Below are positions 1 to 9,721 of a stretch of 26,460 nucleotides of DNA, one piece after another. Source of the DNA: Limisphaerales bacterium (lineage in GTDB: Bacteria; Verrucomicrobiota; Verrucomicrobiia; Limisphaerales; JAJOIW01); NCBI GenBank assembly GCA_965657355.1, contig CBFHOE010000015.1, forward strand, positions 11,158-37,617, read 5' to 3'. The position numbers were made by a program, and so were the translations under genes. Numbering within the stretch: the first letter of the stretch is position 1; every line of letters begins with the position of its first letter. The notes below the pieces were generated by a model. It was not told the DNA's origin, did not search any database, and was given only the letters and a program-made list of their open reading frames with translations.

Positions 1-2216
1 GGCAACAAGACCACATCAAAACCCAATCCTTTTGATTTATGCATAGTCATGACCTGAATTTCGTTGTTTGCCCCTGCCTCTTGGCAATGAAAATTAGTCA
101 TAAACTCGAGAAAGTCATCAAGAGAGTTGTTGTTTGAATTTTCGTACCGACGGGCAGCGTCGATGAGCTGTTTTCCCCTCAGTTGGTGAAATGAATCTGC
201 AGAACCAGCTTTTTTCTCGAGCATTTTTATAACCCATTCGATCCACCTAGATAGCCCAAGCGTATTTAATTTGCGGATATTTCTCGAATGAAATTGATCG
301 ATGGAATCGCCGTCTATTGCCAAAGCACTATAAACTGGGGACATCTTAATATGCCACTCAGCAAAGTGATCATCGGGATGTATGAGAAACTGTATTAAAG
401 ATGTGACCGCTGGAACGAGAAGATTGTCACGAGCTATGGGTACGTCCATAGACTGAGATACCGGCAAGCCGCGCTCTCGAAGATAACGAGTGACCAAATC
501 GCTATCTTGATTTCGTCGAACTAAGACAGCGCATGATTTCCTGCGTTCAATCGGCTTAAGGTTGTCAATCAAATGATAGAGAGCCTCGAGAGCATCAGAG
601 CCAACCCCTGAAGACCTGACGGCTTGACTTTTATCCAGCCCGACAACAGCGACATGACCACTGAGTTCATCTAGGGCAGAGGTATGGTTTTCCCATACCC
701 ATTGGCTTGAAATACTGCTACCCAAGAATGATTGAATGTTAGATTCCGAATTAAAAACATCATTTACAAAGGCTAATATTTGAGGGGCCGAACGATACGA
801 TTTGTCTAATGAATCTACTAAAAAGTTAGACTCACCGTGACGGACATATCTTTCTAACAAAAAATCAAAGAGCTTATAGTCACCACCCCGCCATCCATAG
901 ACGGACTGTTTTATGTCACCGACGACAAAGACACTTCTTTCACCACTGGTATCCTGAACGACCTCATCGACCAGGTTTTCGAGAATATTCCATTGATTTC
1001 TACTGGTATCCTGGAACTCGTCTAATAGCCAATGATCAAAGGTGGAATTTAATCGAAAATCCATTGCTAACCTGCGATCAGGATCCAGTCGCATGCCAGT
1101 ATTGCATGCATATTTACCTGATTGAAGCCCGGGACCTTGACTTAACAAGTAAAGAACATCGGAAAATGCAATATAACCACGGCGACGCAATTGGGAGTCA
1201 TATTTTTTTTCAAAGTTATCCAGCAAAAAATAAAGCCCTTTTGTTCGCCTCAACTTAATGAACCACTCGGCCTTTACCACGGGCTGAATCAGGCTCAGGA
1301 GGGATTGGAATTCGCTAGCATTTTCAAACTCAACACCATTTTTATTAACAAACTTTAACCTCCCTTTCCCTTTTGACTCGATGTCATTTATTAGAATGTT
1401 AATATTTTTAAGAAGTGATTTAAAACATTCTGCGAGCTCCCCCCCGGGTTGATACGCCTGGATAAAATCGAAAACCTCATCCCACTTTTTCCATTGGGCT
1501 TCGCTCTGGCTCTTGGTTTTTAGTAGGGTGCGAAATCTATCGACTCTTGATTTGGCATCACCCTCGGCGTCAAAGGGACTTGATTCACCACCCCATATAA
1601 TATCTGGCTGTCCCCATCTCAATTCCTCAGGACACTCCAAATGCAACTGATGGAATGAGGACGTGATGGTTTTCAGCAAGTGGGCCACCGTGGAGTATTC
1701 AACGCCAAAAGTCGCTTCTTTGAGGATTTCCATCAAATCCTTTGCGTCGGATTTATTGCGACGTTCGTTTAATATCTGCCCCATCAGCCGATTAATCTCT
1801 CGCTCCAAATCTATGGGATCTACAACTTGAAACCCGTCGGGAACATTGTATTCAAAACAAAAATTTGTCAGAATTTTGAAGAAAAATTGATCCAGCGTTC
1901 CGAGATGCAAGTGAGGCATCTGCCAGACAAGGTCCTTCAATCTCTCGTGAGCTATTTCCATATCCCATTGACCAAAATTATTAGAAGCAGCAAAAGCGGA
2001 GGCTTTGCTTGATGAAAGTGCTGATTCTGATAATTGACTCACTATTCTGCTAAAGAATTCACCGGCTGCTTTACGGGTAAAGGTCAATGCCACAATAGAA
2101 TCTGGAGATACACCGTGGCACAGCAACTTGATATACCTCACAGACAAGCAATAAGTCTTACCAGAGCCTGCACTGGCCCTTATAAGTTGGTTGGGAATGG
2201 CTTTTGAAATAATCAA
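1..2216 (-). CDS. addA: UvrD/AddA-type SF1 ATP-dependent helicase(-nuclease) subunit, 3' end beyond the left edge of the window
   Basis: Absent from the ORF track, presumably because it has no stop in the window. Manual translation from TTG at 2216 gives LIISKAIPNQLIRASAGSGKT (Walker A), ALTFTRKAAGEF, FDHWLLDEFQDTS (Walker B, ~1022), VGDIKQSVYGWRGG and IQVMTMHKSKGLGFDVV (~50). The frame is the same at 2216, 1022 and 50. An in-frame TAA just upstream limits the start. It lies directly downstream of the addB-like gene. Confidence 0.9.
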   Translation of the reverse strand, partial: MIISKAIPNQLIRASAGSGKTYCLSVRYIKLLCHGVSPDSIVALTFTRKAAGEFFSRIVSQLSESALSSSKASAFAASNNFGQWDMEIAHERLKDLVWQMPHLHLGTLDQFFFKILTNFCFEYNVPDGFQVVDPIDLEREINRLMGQILNERRNKSDAKDLMEILKEATFGVEYSTVAHLLKTITSSFHQLHLECPEELRWGQPDIIWGGESSPFDAEGDAKSRVDRFRTLLKTKSQSEAQWKKWDEVFDFIQAYQPGGELAECFKSLLKNINILINDIESKGKGRLKFVNKNGVEFENASEFQSLLSLIQPVVKAEWFIKLRRTKGLYFLLDNFEKKYDSQLRRRGYIAFSDVLYLLSQGPGLQSGKYACNTGMRLDPDRRLAMDFRLNSTFDHWLLDEFQDTSRNQWNILENLVDEVVQDTSGERSVFVVGDIKQSVYGWRGGDYKLFDFLLERYVRHGESNFLVDSLDKSYRSAPQILAFVNDVFNSESNIQSFLGSSISSQWVWENHTSALDELSGHVAVVGLDKSQAVRSSGVGSDALEALYHLIDNLKPIERRKSCAVLVRRNQDSDLVTRYLRERGLPVSQSMDVPIARDNLLVPAVTSLIQFLIHPDDHFAEWHIKMSPVYSALAIDGDSIDQFHSRNIRKLNTLGLSRWIEWVIKMLEKKAGSADSFHQLRGKQLIDAARRYENSNNNSLDDFLEFMTNFHCQEAGANNEIQVMTMHKSKGLGFDVVLL

Positions 2217-2251
2217 AGTTTACTTTAAGTTTTTCCACATTGAGAACCCCT

Positions 2252-5194
2252 TCAGGAATTCTTACTACCTCGCCACTCTATAATCTTAGACGGGTCTTGG
2301 ATAAAAAATTCCGGAAATAATTCGTATTCAGGCTCAGGATTGGGCGGAGTAAATCGCCCAGATTTTATATTTTGTATCACTGACCTGGCACATTGTGATG
2401 CATGCTCTGCCAATTCTTTATTAAATCCCTCCCAAGAACTTACGCGGGTATCTTGGACGGTTTTGGGAGCATTAAAATAGGCGACTCCTGGGAAACAATT
2501 CCCAGGCTCTAATTTTGCCCATGCCTGGGCATAAAGTGGTAGTTGGAGATTTTTCCACAAATATTTTATATTTTGATTTTTTCCTCGGACTTTTTTTTCC
2601 CAGTTGAAAATTTGCCATGGTTCTCGAGTTTCATGCCATTCATCATTTTCTCTTAGCCTTTGAGCATGAGCATCGAAAATTTCCTTGGCGTTATTTGATG
2701 TTTTAAAATCAACGAGTCTTGTTTGACCTGTAACATCGTTGGTTTCAATTCGATCTATAGTACCGGCCAATTCCATGCCATCTATCTCCCAAACTTTTTT
2801 TAAGTTTTGAAGGTAATGCTTATGAATTCGAATCTCCACTCCCTGAATTTTCCATCCGGAAGCCCTATTTTTCGCCTCTACTGATGCCACGGCGTTTAGT
2901 CTTTGGAGTAGTGATTCATATTGAATCCAAAGAGCCGCAGGAAGTTCGACCCCGTAAATACCGTGGATTAATTTCTCCAGATTGGATTTGAAGAATTGTC
3001 TGATTTTTTTCTCATCTAACCACGATCTTGCTTCTGGGTCATTCCCATAATTTTCCAGTACTTTATGGAAGATGTTACCGAACTCACGCGGATCGAGCTC
3101 CATTTTAGACCTATCAATAGTTGACATACCCAGCACGTGCTCCAGGTAAAACCGAAAAGGACAATTTAAATAGGAGGAAAAACTGGTTACAGACATTCTC
3201 GAAGGAAGATTAACTTCAACATTGTCAGGTGATGGAATTTTTAATTTCCAGGTATTTTGAAAAATTGGGGCCTTTTCAAATACCACTCCATTGCTTTCTC
3301 CCATTAACCTTATCACCCTGGACGGTAAATCTTTATCATCGCAGAGAAAACAAAGGCGTGAAGGTCTTTGTGGGTTGCCAGCAGCATCTCTATCACAGAA
3401 AAAAACCTGAATACCCCCATCTCCACTCCTTTGAGCAGCTAGCGTGTGTATGATATAGGTATCTCTTGCAAGGCGATCCTCATTAGTTGGCAATCCTAAT
3501 TTAGAGCGAAATTTTTCGGGGAGGAAGATGTCCCCGGATATTGTTTCAGGAATAATGGTGTCCTGGAGGCCGACGAGAGCTACGCTTCGAGCAGGTTCCC
3601 ACAGCATTTCCATCCACCCAATGAGATCTATTTCCCCTCCGCTTCGCTCCTGATGGACTAGTTTTTTACTGAGAAACCGCATCAGTAAATCGAGTCCATG
3701 CGACGGGGACAGTTTCGAAATTTTTTTAAGCTCATCCAGAGTATCAACGACTATACTCGAAGTAGCAGAAAACAGCCTATCCGAATCACGTCTAGTATCG
3801 AGTTCTCGGTTCATGTAGATATCCGCTAAAAAATACATGAAACCATCGCTCCAATTACCCCTGAGGACTTTCCCTCGCCATTCATCAAGTTTATGGAAAA
3901 AATTTTTTAGGGTTGATTTATTCCGCTGCTCTATCTCTTCGCCACCATGGTCACGCATTCGATCGATCCAGTTTTCGATTCCATCAATTGAGGTCACCAA
4001 GTGTTCTAGCCTCAATCGATCTAGTAAAACCAAAAACTCTCGATGAGTCACTTCAGTATCAATTGCACTGAAAATTTGAGGATAGCGAGCCAATTCAATA
4101 CTCTCATAGATATGGGCTTTTTTAAGAAAGTTGGAAAATGACTCCATAATCTTGTAAAGCTCGAAATAGCGAAATGACCGACCTGATGGATTGAAAGCAG
4201 AATAGTCGGATGAATTAATTTTTGACTCAAGTGGCTCTATGATTGAGGAATCAAAAACGCCAAGAGCGACCTCACTCGACTCTGCTTCAGCATCCGTATA
4301 CCAATCGACAACAGAGTCTATCATTTGGGATGGCTCTAAAGACCGGGTGAAATGGATATTGGGACTTCCTTTTTGTATGGGCTTTTGAAACCATCTTCGA
4401 AATATCGGACAGCCCCAATCATCAAAATCCTTTTCATTTTTATCGACGGTGTAGATCCATACCTTAATTCTAAGCGCATCCCCAGTTGCCATCGAATTTA
4501 GATAATTCCTCAACACTGGGGGAATACCAGGAACGCCTGCCAAAATGATACTACCTTCAATCCCTTTAAGGCTCTTATTGGAATGAGCCAATTTTGAAAT
4601 TTCCTCAAACTCATCGAAATAAAGGTATGATCTCAATATCTTTAAGTAAATTTTTTCTAAAATAGATAAGGCTTGCCAACGGAAAGGCTCCTCCAGTTCT
4701 GCTGGAGGCAATTGAGCAACCTTGGAGATCGTCAGACCATTATCTGATAGAGAGCGCCTCATCTTCATGATGGGATTAACAACTGACATCCCCCATGAAA
4801 AATCTTGAAGGCGAGATTTATCAACATGCGCACTGATACTTGGAAACAGACTTTGAATCCATTGATTATCTAATCGCTTTATCGCTTCATACATAGCCCA
4901 GTGGCTGAAAGTTTCGCTCACTGGAGATAATTCTTGGTCATTTGGTATCTGCTGTATCAAAAAAGTTTCGGGAGTATAAATTTCCGGTGGACATACAGCC
5001 CTTTGACTTTTTGAAGCCACCAGTGCCAATGCCTCTTTCAAACGCCTGGCGGAGTGAAGTGTTGGAACAATGCAGGTGACTCCACTCAAATCCAGGATTG
5101 AAGGCAATTCATTAAGCCCGACAATTTTCTCGGCAACCTGGTCTACTAATGGTCTTTCAGTCGTCAGATATTCTCTTTCAATCATTGGCACCAT
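2252..5194 (-). CDS. addB: AddB-like subunit: degenerate helicase N-terminus plus C-terminal PD-(D/E)XK (RecB-family) nuclease, 980 aa
   Basis: Motifs SVTSFSSYLNCPFRFYLEHVL, FGNIFHKVLE, GTIDRIE, LVDFKTS and LQLPLYAQAW. N-terminal IVPTLHSARRLKEAL with no intact Walker A. Ends 35 bp upstream of the addA start. Confidence 0.85.
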   Translation of the reverse strand: MVPMIEREYLTTERPLVDQVAEKIVGLNELPSILDLSGVTCIVPTLHSARRLKEALALVASKSQRAVCPPEIYTPETFLIQQIPNDQELSPVSETFSHWAMYEAIKRLDNQWIQSLFPSISAHVDKSRLQDFSWGMSVVNPIMKMRRSLSDNGLTISKVAQLPPAELEEPFRWQALSILEKIYLKILRSYLYFDEFEEISKLAHSNKSLKGIEGSIILAGVPGIPPVLRNYLNSMATGDALRIKVWIYTVDKNEKDFDDWGCPIFRRWFQKPIQKGSPNIHFTRSLEPSQMIDSVVDWYTDAEAESSEVALGVFDSSIIEPLESKINSSDYSAFNPSGRSFRYFELYKIMESFSNFLKKAHIYESIELARYPQIFSAIDTEVTHREFLVLLDRLRLEHLVTSIDGIENWIDRMRDHGGEEIEQRNKSTLKNFFHKLDEWRGKVLRGNWSDGFMYFLADIYMNRELDTRRDSDRLFSATSSIVVDTLDELKKISKLSPSHGLDLLMRFLSKKLVHQERSGGEIDLIGWMEMLWEPARSVALVGLQDTIIPETISGDIFLPEKFRSKLGLPTNEDRLARDTYIIHTLAAQRSGDGGIQVFFCDRDAAGNPQRPSRLCFLCDDKDLPSRVIRLMGESNGVVFEKAPIFQNTWKLKIPSPDNVEVNLPSRMSVTSFSSYLNCPFRFYLEHVLGMSTIDRSKMELDPREFGNIFHKVLENYGNDPEARSWLDEKKIRQFFKSNLEKLIHGIYGVELPAALWIQYESLLQRLNAVASVEAKNRASGWKIQGVEIRIHKHYLQNLKKVWEIDGMELAGTIDRIETNDVTGQTRLVDFKTSNNAKEIFDAHAQRLRENDEWHETREPWQIFNWEKKVRGKNQNIKYLWKNLQLPLYAQAWAKLEPGNCFPGVAYFNAPKTVQDTRVSSWEGFNKELAEHASQCARSVIQNIKSGRFTPPNPEPEYELFPEFFIQDPSKIIEWRGSKNS

Positions 5195-5325
5195 CTCATT
5201 AGTGTGTATTTTTTATATTGTCCCACTGAGGCAAATGAATATCTGCTTAGCTTGATTTTCGTTGATTCTTAAAGGTTAATAAGCATTGATTTTTTCATCA
5301 AGAATTTGTACGTCACCCGCTCATT

Positions 5326-5348
5326 AAAAAAAGCCCTAATCGGGCCCC
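5326..5348 (-). terminator. Candidate intrinsic terminator
   Basis: Minus strand reads GGG-GCCC-gatta-GGGC-TTTTTTT: a 4-bp GC stem extendable by G-U pairs, followed by U7. Confidence 0.5.
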
Positions 5349-5493
5349 GTGTATTGTTTCCCTCCCGCGCCCGGCTCAATCGAATATCAGGGTATTTTCG
5401 AACTAATTTTAGCACGTCCAAGGAGGATAGTAAATTAGCCATTTGACCAAGCCAACAAGGGCCTATCCATGTATTACTCAGTCCCGAATTAGG

Positions 5494-5533
5494 AAAATAA
5501 TTAAGCTGCCAGGGGTGTTAAACCCTGACAGCT
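5494..5533 (-). terminator. Strong hairpin, candidate terminator
   Basis: Minus strand reads AGCTGTCAGGG-tttaacac-CCCTGGCAGCT-taattatttt: an 11-bp stem with one G-U pair on this strand (a C-A mismatch on +) and an AU-rich tail. Confidence 0.45.
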
Positions 5534-5793
5534 GTTAAGGTGATTGTTGTTTGATTTAGTTAATTAAGGAACAAGTCGCATTATCTAGTTCCGGGTTTTA
5601 ACTTACTTGATGGAAACATGGTCTTATTGCCCATATCGTCTCAAGAAGTTCACTATTTATACCCCAGTTCCTCTATCTACCTTTCACAATGAATTAGATT
5701 ATTTTGGCTTGAAGTCACTAATTATTAACAAGTTGGACTCGAGGTTAGAATTTCTTGGAAATAAAAACGAGAATAGGTAAAAATTAAATAATT

Positions 5794-6753
5794 ATGGGAG
5801 AGTGTGGGAAAACAAAATCTGAAAATTCCACGGAAGTGCAATCAGACTACAAAGTCTGTGCCATGTATCATTTTGCACAGTTGGATGACTATAAGGAAAT
5901 GCGCTCTGGCGTATTAGAGGTCTGTCAGAAGAATAAAGCCGTTGGAACAATACTTTTAGCAGCGGAGGGAATCAATGGGACAATAGCGGCACCGATGGAT
6001 GGGATTGAAAAAATACTTACCTACCTTCGAACTGATCCAAGATTGAATGATCTGGATGCCAAATTTTCATATTCGGAGAAAAAGCCATTTTACCGCATGA
6101 AGGTAAAACTAAAAAAAGAGATTGTCACAATGGGGATACCAGATATCAACCCGAATGAGGTTGCTGGGGAGTATGTCGAACCGAAGGATTGGAATGTGCT
6201 CATTTCCGATCCAGATGTCATCGTGGTGGATACCCGAAATGATTACGAAGTAGAAATTGGGACTTTTATGAATGCTCGTAATCCCGACACAAATACGTTC
6301 CGTCAATTTCCAAAATATGTTGAAAATAATTTATCGAGTGACAAAAAAAAGAAAATCGCGATGTTTTGCACTGGGGGGATTCGGTGCGAAAAAGCAACGG
6401 CTCTTCTTGTGAATCAAGGATTTGAAAACGTTTACCATCTGAAAGGTGGGATTTTGAAATACCTGGAAGAAGTTCCAAAAGAAGAGAGCCTTTGGGAAGG
6501 CGAGTGCTTTGTATTTGATAATCGAGTGAGCGTGAATCATGAAATGGGTCCAGGAAATTTCGATCAATGCCATGCATGCCGTCACCCCATTAGCAAGGAA
6601 GACAAAGAAAAACCTTCCTACAAAATTGGGGTCTCGTGCCCGTATTGCGTGGAATACCAATCCGAGGCAAATAGAAAGCGAGCCGAAGCGAGGCAATTAC
6701 AGGTAGAGCTGGCTGCCAAAAGAAACGAATGCCACATCGGCGAAAAGTCATAA
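5794..6753 (+). CDS. trhO: Rhodanese-domain oxygen-dependent tRNA uridine(34) hydroxylase (UPF0176/YceA family), 319 aa
   Basis: [70 protein letters not shown] and C-terminal CHAC...CPYC. Confidence 0.93.
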   Translation: MGECGKTKSENSTEVQSDYKVCAMYHFAQLDDYKEMRSGVLEVCQKNKAVGTILLAAEGINGTIAAPMDGIEKILTYLRTDPRLNDLDAKFSYSEKKPFYRMKVKLKKEIVTMGIPDINPNEVAGEYVEPKDWNVLISDPDVIVVDTRNDYEVEIGTFMNARNPDTNTFRQFPKYVENNLSSDKKKKIAMFCTGGIRCEKATALLVNQGFENVYHLKGGILKYLEEVPKEESLWEGECFVFDNRVSVNHEMGPGNFDQCHACRHPISKEDKEKPSYKIGVSCPYCVEYQSEANRKRAEARQLQVELAAKRNECHIGEKS

Positions 6754-6859
6754 TTCAGAACTTTAATCGAATATACTTTTTTCAAAACCACAGAATCACT
6801 TAACAAGAACAAAGCCGCGTTAGGTTTTTAGAGATTAAAGATATGGTTGATGGGATGCC

Positions 6860-8350
6860 TCAATTATAATTTGAATGATGCGGCTTTGGACCTTTCGGTG
6901 GCTCCACACCTTCTGCAAGCATGACTTTAATAATGGCTTCGACGGTTTCAAATGATGGTTTGAAATTCCCCGGGCGATAGCCTTCAGCAATCAAGAGAGG
7001 GGTTCTATTCAATTTATTATTTTTATTCCAAATTTTTATGTCCGCGCCTTGTTTGGCTAGATAAAAAACAACTGCGGGAATATTTTTGTAGGCTGCCCCA
7101 TGCATTGCTGTTTCGCCGCGTTTATCGACAGTGTTCACGTTGGCGGCGTGTTTCTCTACAAGATATTTGACAGCGGCCAGGCATTCCATTTCGTCTCCAG
7201 CTTCCTCTTCCGGGGCAGAACTGCCAATACCAGCAGCCACCATCAGTGGCGTAGTGCCGTCAATATTAGGGATAAAGGGATCTGCTCCAAGCTTAACCAG
7301 GAGTTTCATGTATTCCAAATCAGCTCTATCTGCAGCAAGGAAAAACGGAGTCGCTCCAACCATACCAAATCGAGCACCGTTAGCTTTTCGGCCACGTGAT
7401 AATTGTTTATTAACGTCTGCACCGCTCCTAACCAATTCCTCGACGAATTGGATGCTGTTCCTTTTACCGGATCCTTGCGGAACTGGGTCTCCATCGGCTG
7501 ATTCACCAATATCTGGCTTACGAACCCAGGTTAACGTGTGCAATGGAGCGTATCCAGTTCGGTCATCATTCGGGTCCGCCCCGGCATGCAATAGTTCAAC
7601 GGCTAGATCATAGTGACCATTCTCTATAGCAAGGATTAAAGCACTCGTCCCATTTTTTGGAAGTTTACCACCTGATCTCTGAGGGCGCATAACTTCGCCA
7701 ACATCTTGACCGTAATCGAGTAGCATTTTCACTAGCTCTGTATGCCCCTCACGCACAGCAAAAAAGAATGGAGTAAAACCAGTCCGTTTCAGTGGCGTTT
7801 TGATATCAGCCCCTGCTTTTATCAAAGCCCGAACAATATCAGTATGGCCCTCAGCAGCAGCCCACATCGCAGCGGTTTGGTCATTGCGCCCTTTTTTATT
7901 AACCTTTGCTCCTGCCGCTATAAGAGTTTCTACTGTTTCTAGATCTCCAGTACGAGATGCCGTCATCAAAGCCGTTTCAACATCAAATACAGAAGCATTA
8001 GGATTAGCTCCTTTTTTTATAAGGGCATCAACAAATTTTGCATTACCATTTAGACAAGCGAGATACAAAGCATGTATGCCGTAATCATTTTCAATGCTTA
8101 TGTCGGCACCTACATTTAACAAACGTTTACCCAATTCCCAATCGTCATAATATGTTGCCCATAGTAATGCGGTCATACCGTCAGCCTGGGCAGCATCGAT
8201 ATCAAATTCTGAGGCCAAGAGGTGGTAGACCTTTTCAGTCTCTTTCCTTTCCACAGCGTCGACCAATGAAGTATCGTCGGCTTTGACGACAGGCGCTACG
8301 AGACAAAGCGTAACACCAATTATAGCAGAATACTTCAAGATGCTTCTCAT
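6860..8350 (-). CDS. Secreted ankyrin-repeat protein, 496 aa
   Basis: Sec-type signal (MRSILKYSAIIGVTLCLVAPVVKA-DD). About 10 ankyrin repeats (GMTALLWA, ETALMTAS, QTAAMWAAAEGH, GFTPFFFAVREGH, GTSALILAIENGH, GTTPLMVAA, GETAMHGAA). Starts 3 bp after the DUF1552 stop. Confidence 0.9.
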   Translation of the reverse strand: MRSILKYSAIIGVTLCLVAPVVKADDTSLVDAVERKETEKVYHLLASEFDIDAAQADGMTALLWATYYDDWELGKRLLNVGADISIENDYGIHALYLACLNGNAKFVDALIKKGANPNASVFDVETALMTASRTGDLETVETLIAAGAKVNKKGRNDQTAAMWAAAEGHTDIVRALIKAGADIKTPLKRTGFTPFFFAVREGHTELVKMLLDYGQDVGEVMRPQRSGGKLPKNGTSALILAIENGHYDLAVELLHAGADPNDDRTGYAPLHTLTWVRKPDIGESADGDPVPQGSGKRNSIQFVEELVRSGADVNKQLSRGRKANGARFGMVGATPFFLAADRADLEYMKLLVKLGADPFIPNIDGTTPLMVAAGIGSSAPEEEAGDEMECLAAVKYLVEKHAANVNTVDKRGETAMHGAAYKNIPAVVFYLAKQGADIKIWNKNNKLNRTPLLIAEGYRPGNFKPSFETVEAIIKVMLAEGVEPPKGPKPHHSNYN

Positions 8351-8353
8351 AAC

Positions 8354-9700
8354 TTAGTTTTTCCGGGGGCCGAACAATCCATTAATTTTACCAGTGCTGT
8401 CCCCGAACTGATCAACTTTAACCCCAGCTTTGTCAAGCAGGGTAAGGTGCAAATTCGAAAGTGGCTCGGGCTTGTCGTATCTAATATGCCGATTACCCTT
8501 CATGCCACCTGAGGCGCCACCAGCGACTATGATTGGCAAATTTGTATGATCGTGGACGTTCGGGTTACCAATACCGCTCCCGTAAAGGCATAAAGAATGG
8601 TCGAGCAAAGAGCCCTCTCCTTCCGGTGTATTTTGTAACTTCTCCAGGTATTCAGCAAATAAAGACACGTGGAAGGCGTTGATTTTCGCCATACGTGCAA
8701 CCTTTTCTGGATTATCTCCATGATGTGAGAGCGGATGATGTGGATCGGGCACACCGATTTCAGGATAGGTCCGATTACTTGTTTCACGAGCAATCTGGAA
8801 AGTAATGACTCGGGTAATATCTCCACGGAATGCGAGGAGCTGGAGATCGAACATTAACCGAGCATGATCTCCATATGAGGCAGGCACGCCCATCGGTCGG
8901 TCAAGATCCGGAAGAGGATTGTCTTTTGAATCTGACTCTGCTGTCTGGATACGGCGTTCGACTTCCCGAATCGAATCTAGATATTCGGTAAGTTTTGTTC
9001 GATCGCTTTTTCCAAGTTGTTGCTTTAGGCGATTCATGTCGTCAACGATAGAGTCCAAAAGGCTTGCACGCTGCCGCAGTGCCGCCTGACGCTCTTCGGC
9101 TGTCCCCCCTTCACCAAAAAGGTTTTCGAATACTAGTCGTGGATGTGCTTCAGCTGGGAGCGGCGTTGTCGGGGATGACCAGGAAAGATTATTTTGATAG
9201 ACACACGCATAACCATTATCGCACTGGCCGACAGTCTGCATGAGATCCATTGCCAATTCGAGTGAGGGCAACTGCGTATCCTGACCAATTTGTTTAGCGG
9301 CTACCTGGTCCGCGGTTGTCCCCAAATAATAATCGGTACTTTCGGTCACTTTGGCCTTAGCAGCACTGAGAAAAGATGAATTTGAAGTCGCATGCGATCC
9401 AGGATAAGCGGGGCGCAGTTCCATATTAGTAAAGACAGCTGTGTTCTGTTTTACCGGTTGCAGCGAATTGAGAATCGGTGATAGTTCGTCAAGATTCTTC
9501 TCGCTCTTGGGAGTCCAGCGTGAAGCATCCATTCCCATGGGCATGAAGACATAGTTTAGTCGACGGACACCTAGTGCAGATACTTTTGAGGAAGCCGTTG
9601 CGGCCGGGACCATCGCATCAAGCAATGGGAGCGCGAATGATGCCCCTACACCTTTTAGAAAGGTTCTACGCGGAAGGGATTTCTTTGTAATAAATTTCAT
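8354..9700 (-). CDS. DUF1552-family protein with twin-arginine-like N-terminus, 448 aa
   Basis: LPRRTFLKGVGASFALPLLDAM N-terminus, TADQVAAKQIG..TQLPSLELA, NNLSWSSPTTPLP, YLDSIREVERRIQ, HHPLSHH, EGSLLDHS and HDHTNLP, all typical of DUF1552. Adjacent to a DUF1592 gene. Confidence 0.88.
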   Translation of the reverse strand: MKFITKKSLPRRTFLKGVGASFALPLLDAMVPAATASSKVSALGVRRLNYVFMPMGMDASRWTPKSEKNLDELSPILNSLQPVKQNTAVFTNMELRPAYPGSHATSNSSFLSAAKAKVTESTDYYLGTTADQVAAKQIGQDTQLPSLELAMDLMQTVGQCDNGYACVYQNNLSWSSPTTPLPAEAHPRLVFENLFGEGGTAEERQAALRQRASLLDSIVDDMNRLKQQLGKSDRTKLTEYLDSIREVERRIQTAESDSKDNPLPDLDRPMGVPASYGDHARLMFDLQLLAFRGDITRVITFQIARETSNRTYPEIGVPDPHHPLSHHGDNPEKVARMAKINAFHVSLFAEYLEKLQNTPEGEGSLLDHSLCLYGSGIGNPNVHDHTNLPIIVAGGASGGMKGNRHIRYDKPEPLSNLHLTLLDKAGVKVDQFGDSTGKINGLFGPRKN

Positions 9701-9721
9701 GACGAGGTTCGATACGATATT

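Noticed and set aside
1064..2012. Short + strand ORFs 1064-1258 and 1827-2012
   Set aside because: They are antisense to the continuous addA frame and carry no recognisable motifs.
2252..5194. PD-(D/E)XK nuclease plus helicase read as Cas4 or an antiphage defence system
   Set aside because: Size, motif order and pairing fit housekeeping AddAB. No CRISPR repeats or cas genes are present.
3229..5255. Short ORFs overlapping addB
   Set aside because: These are shadow or alternate-frame ORFs within a well-supported gene.
5420..5426. Perfect Shine-Dalgarno-like AAGGAGG on +
   Set aside because: No start codon lies at a usable spacing.
5269..5442. 57-aa minus-strand ORF (MANLLSSLDVLKLVRKYP...)
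   Set aside because: It has no RBS or family motif and runs through the terminator-like hairpin, so it is not supportable as a CDS.
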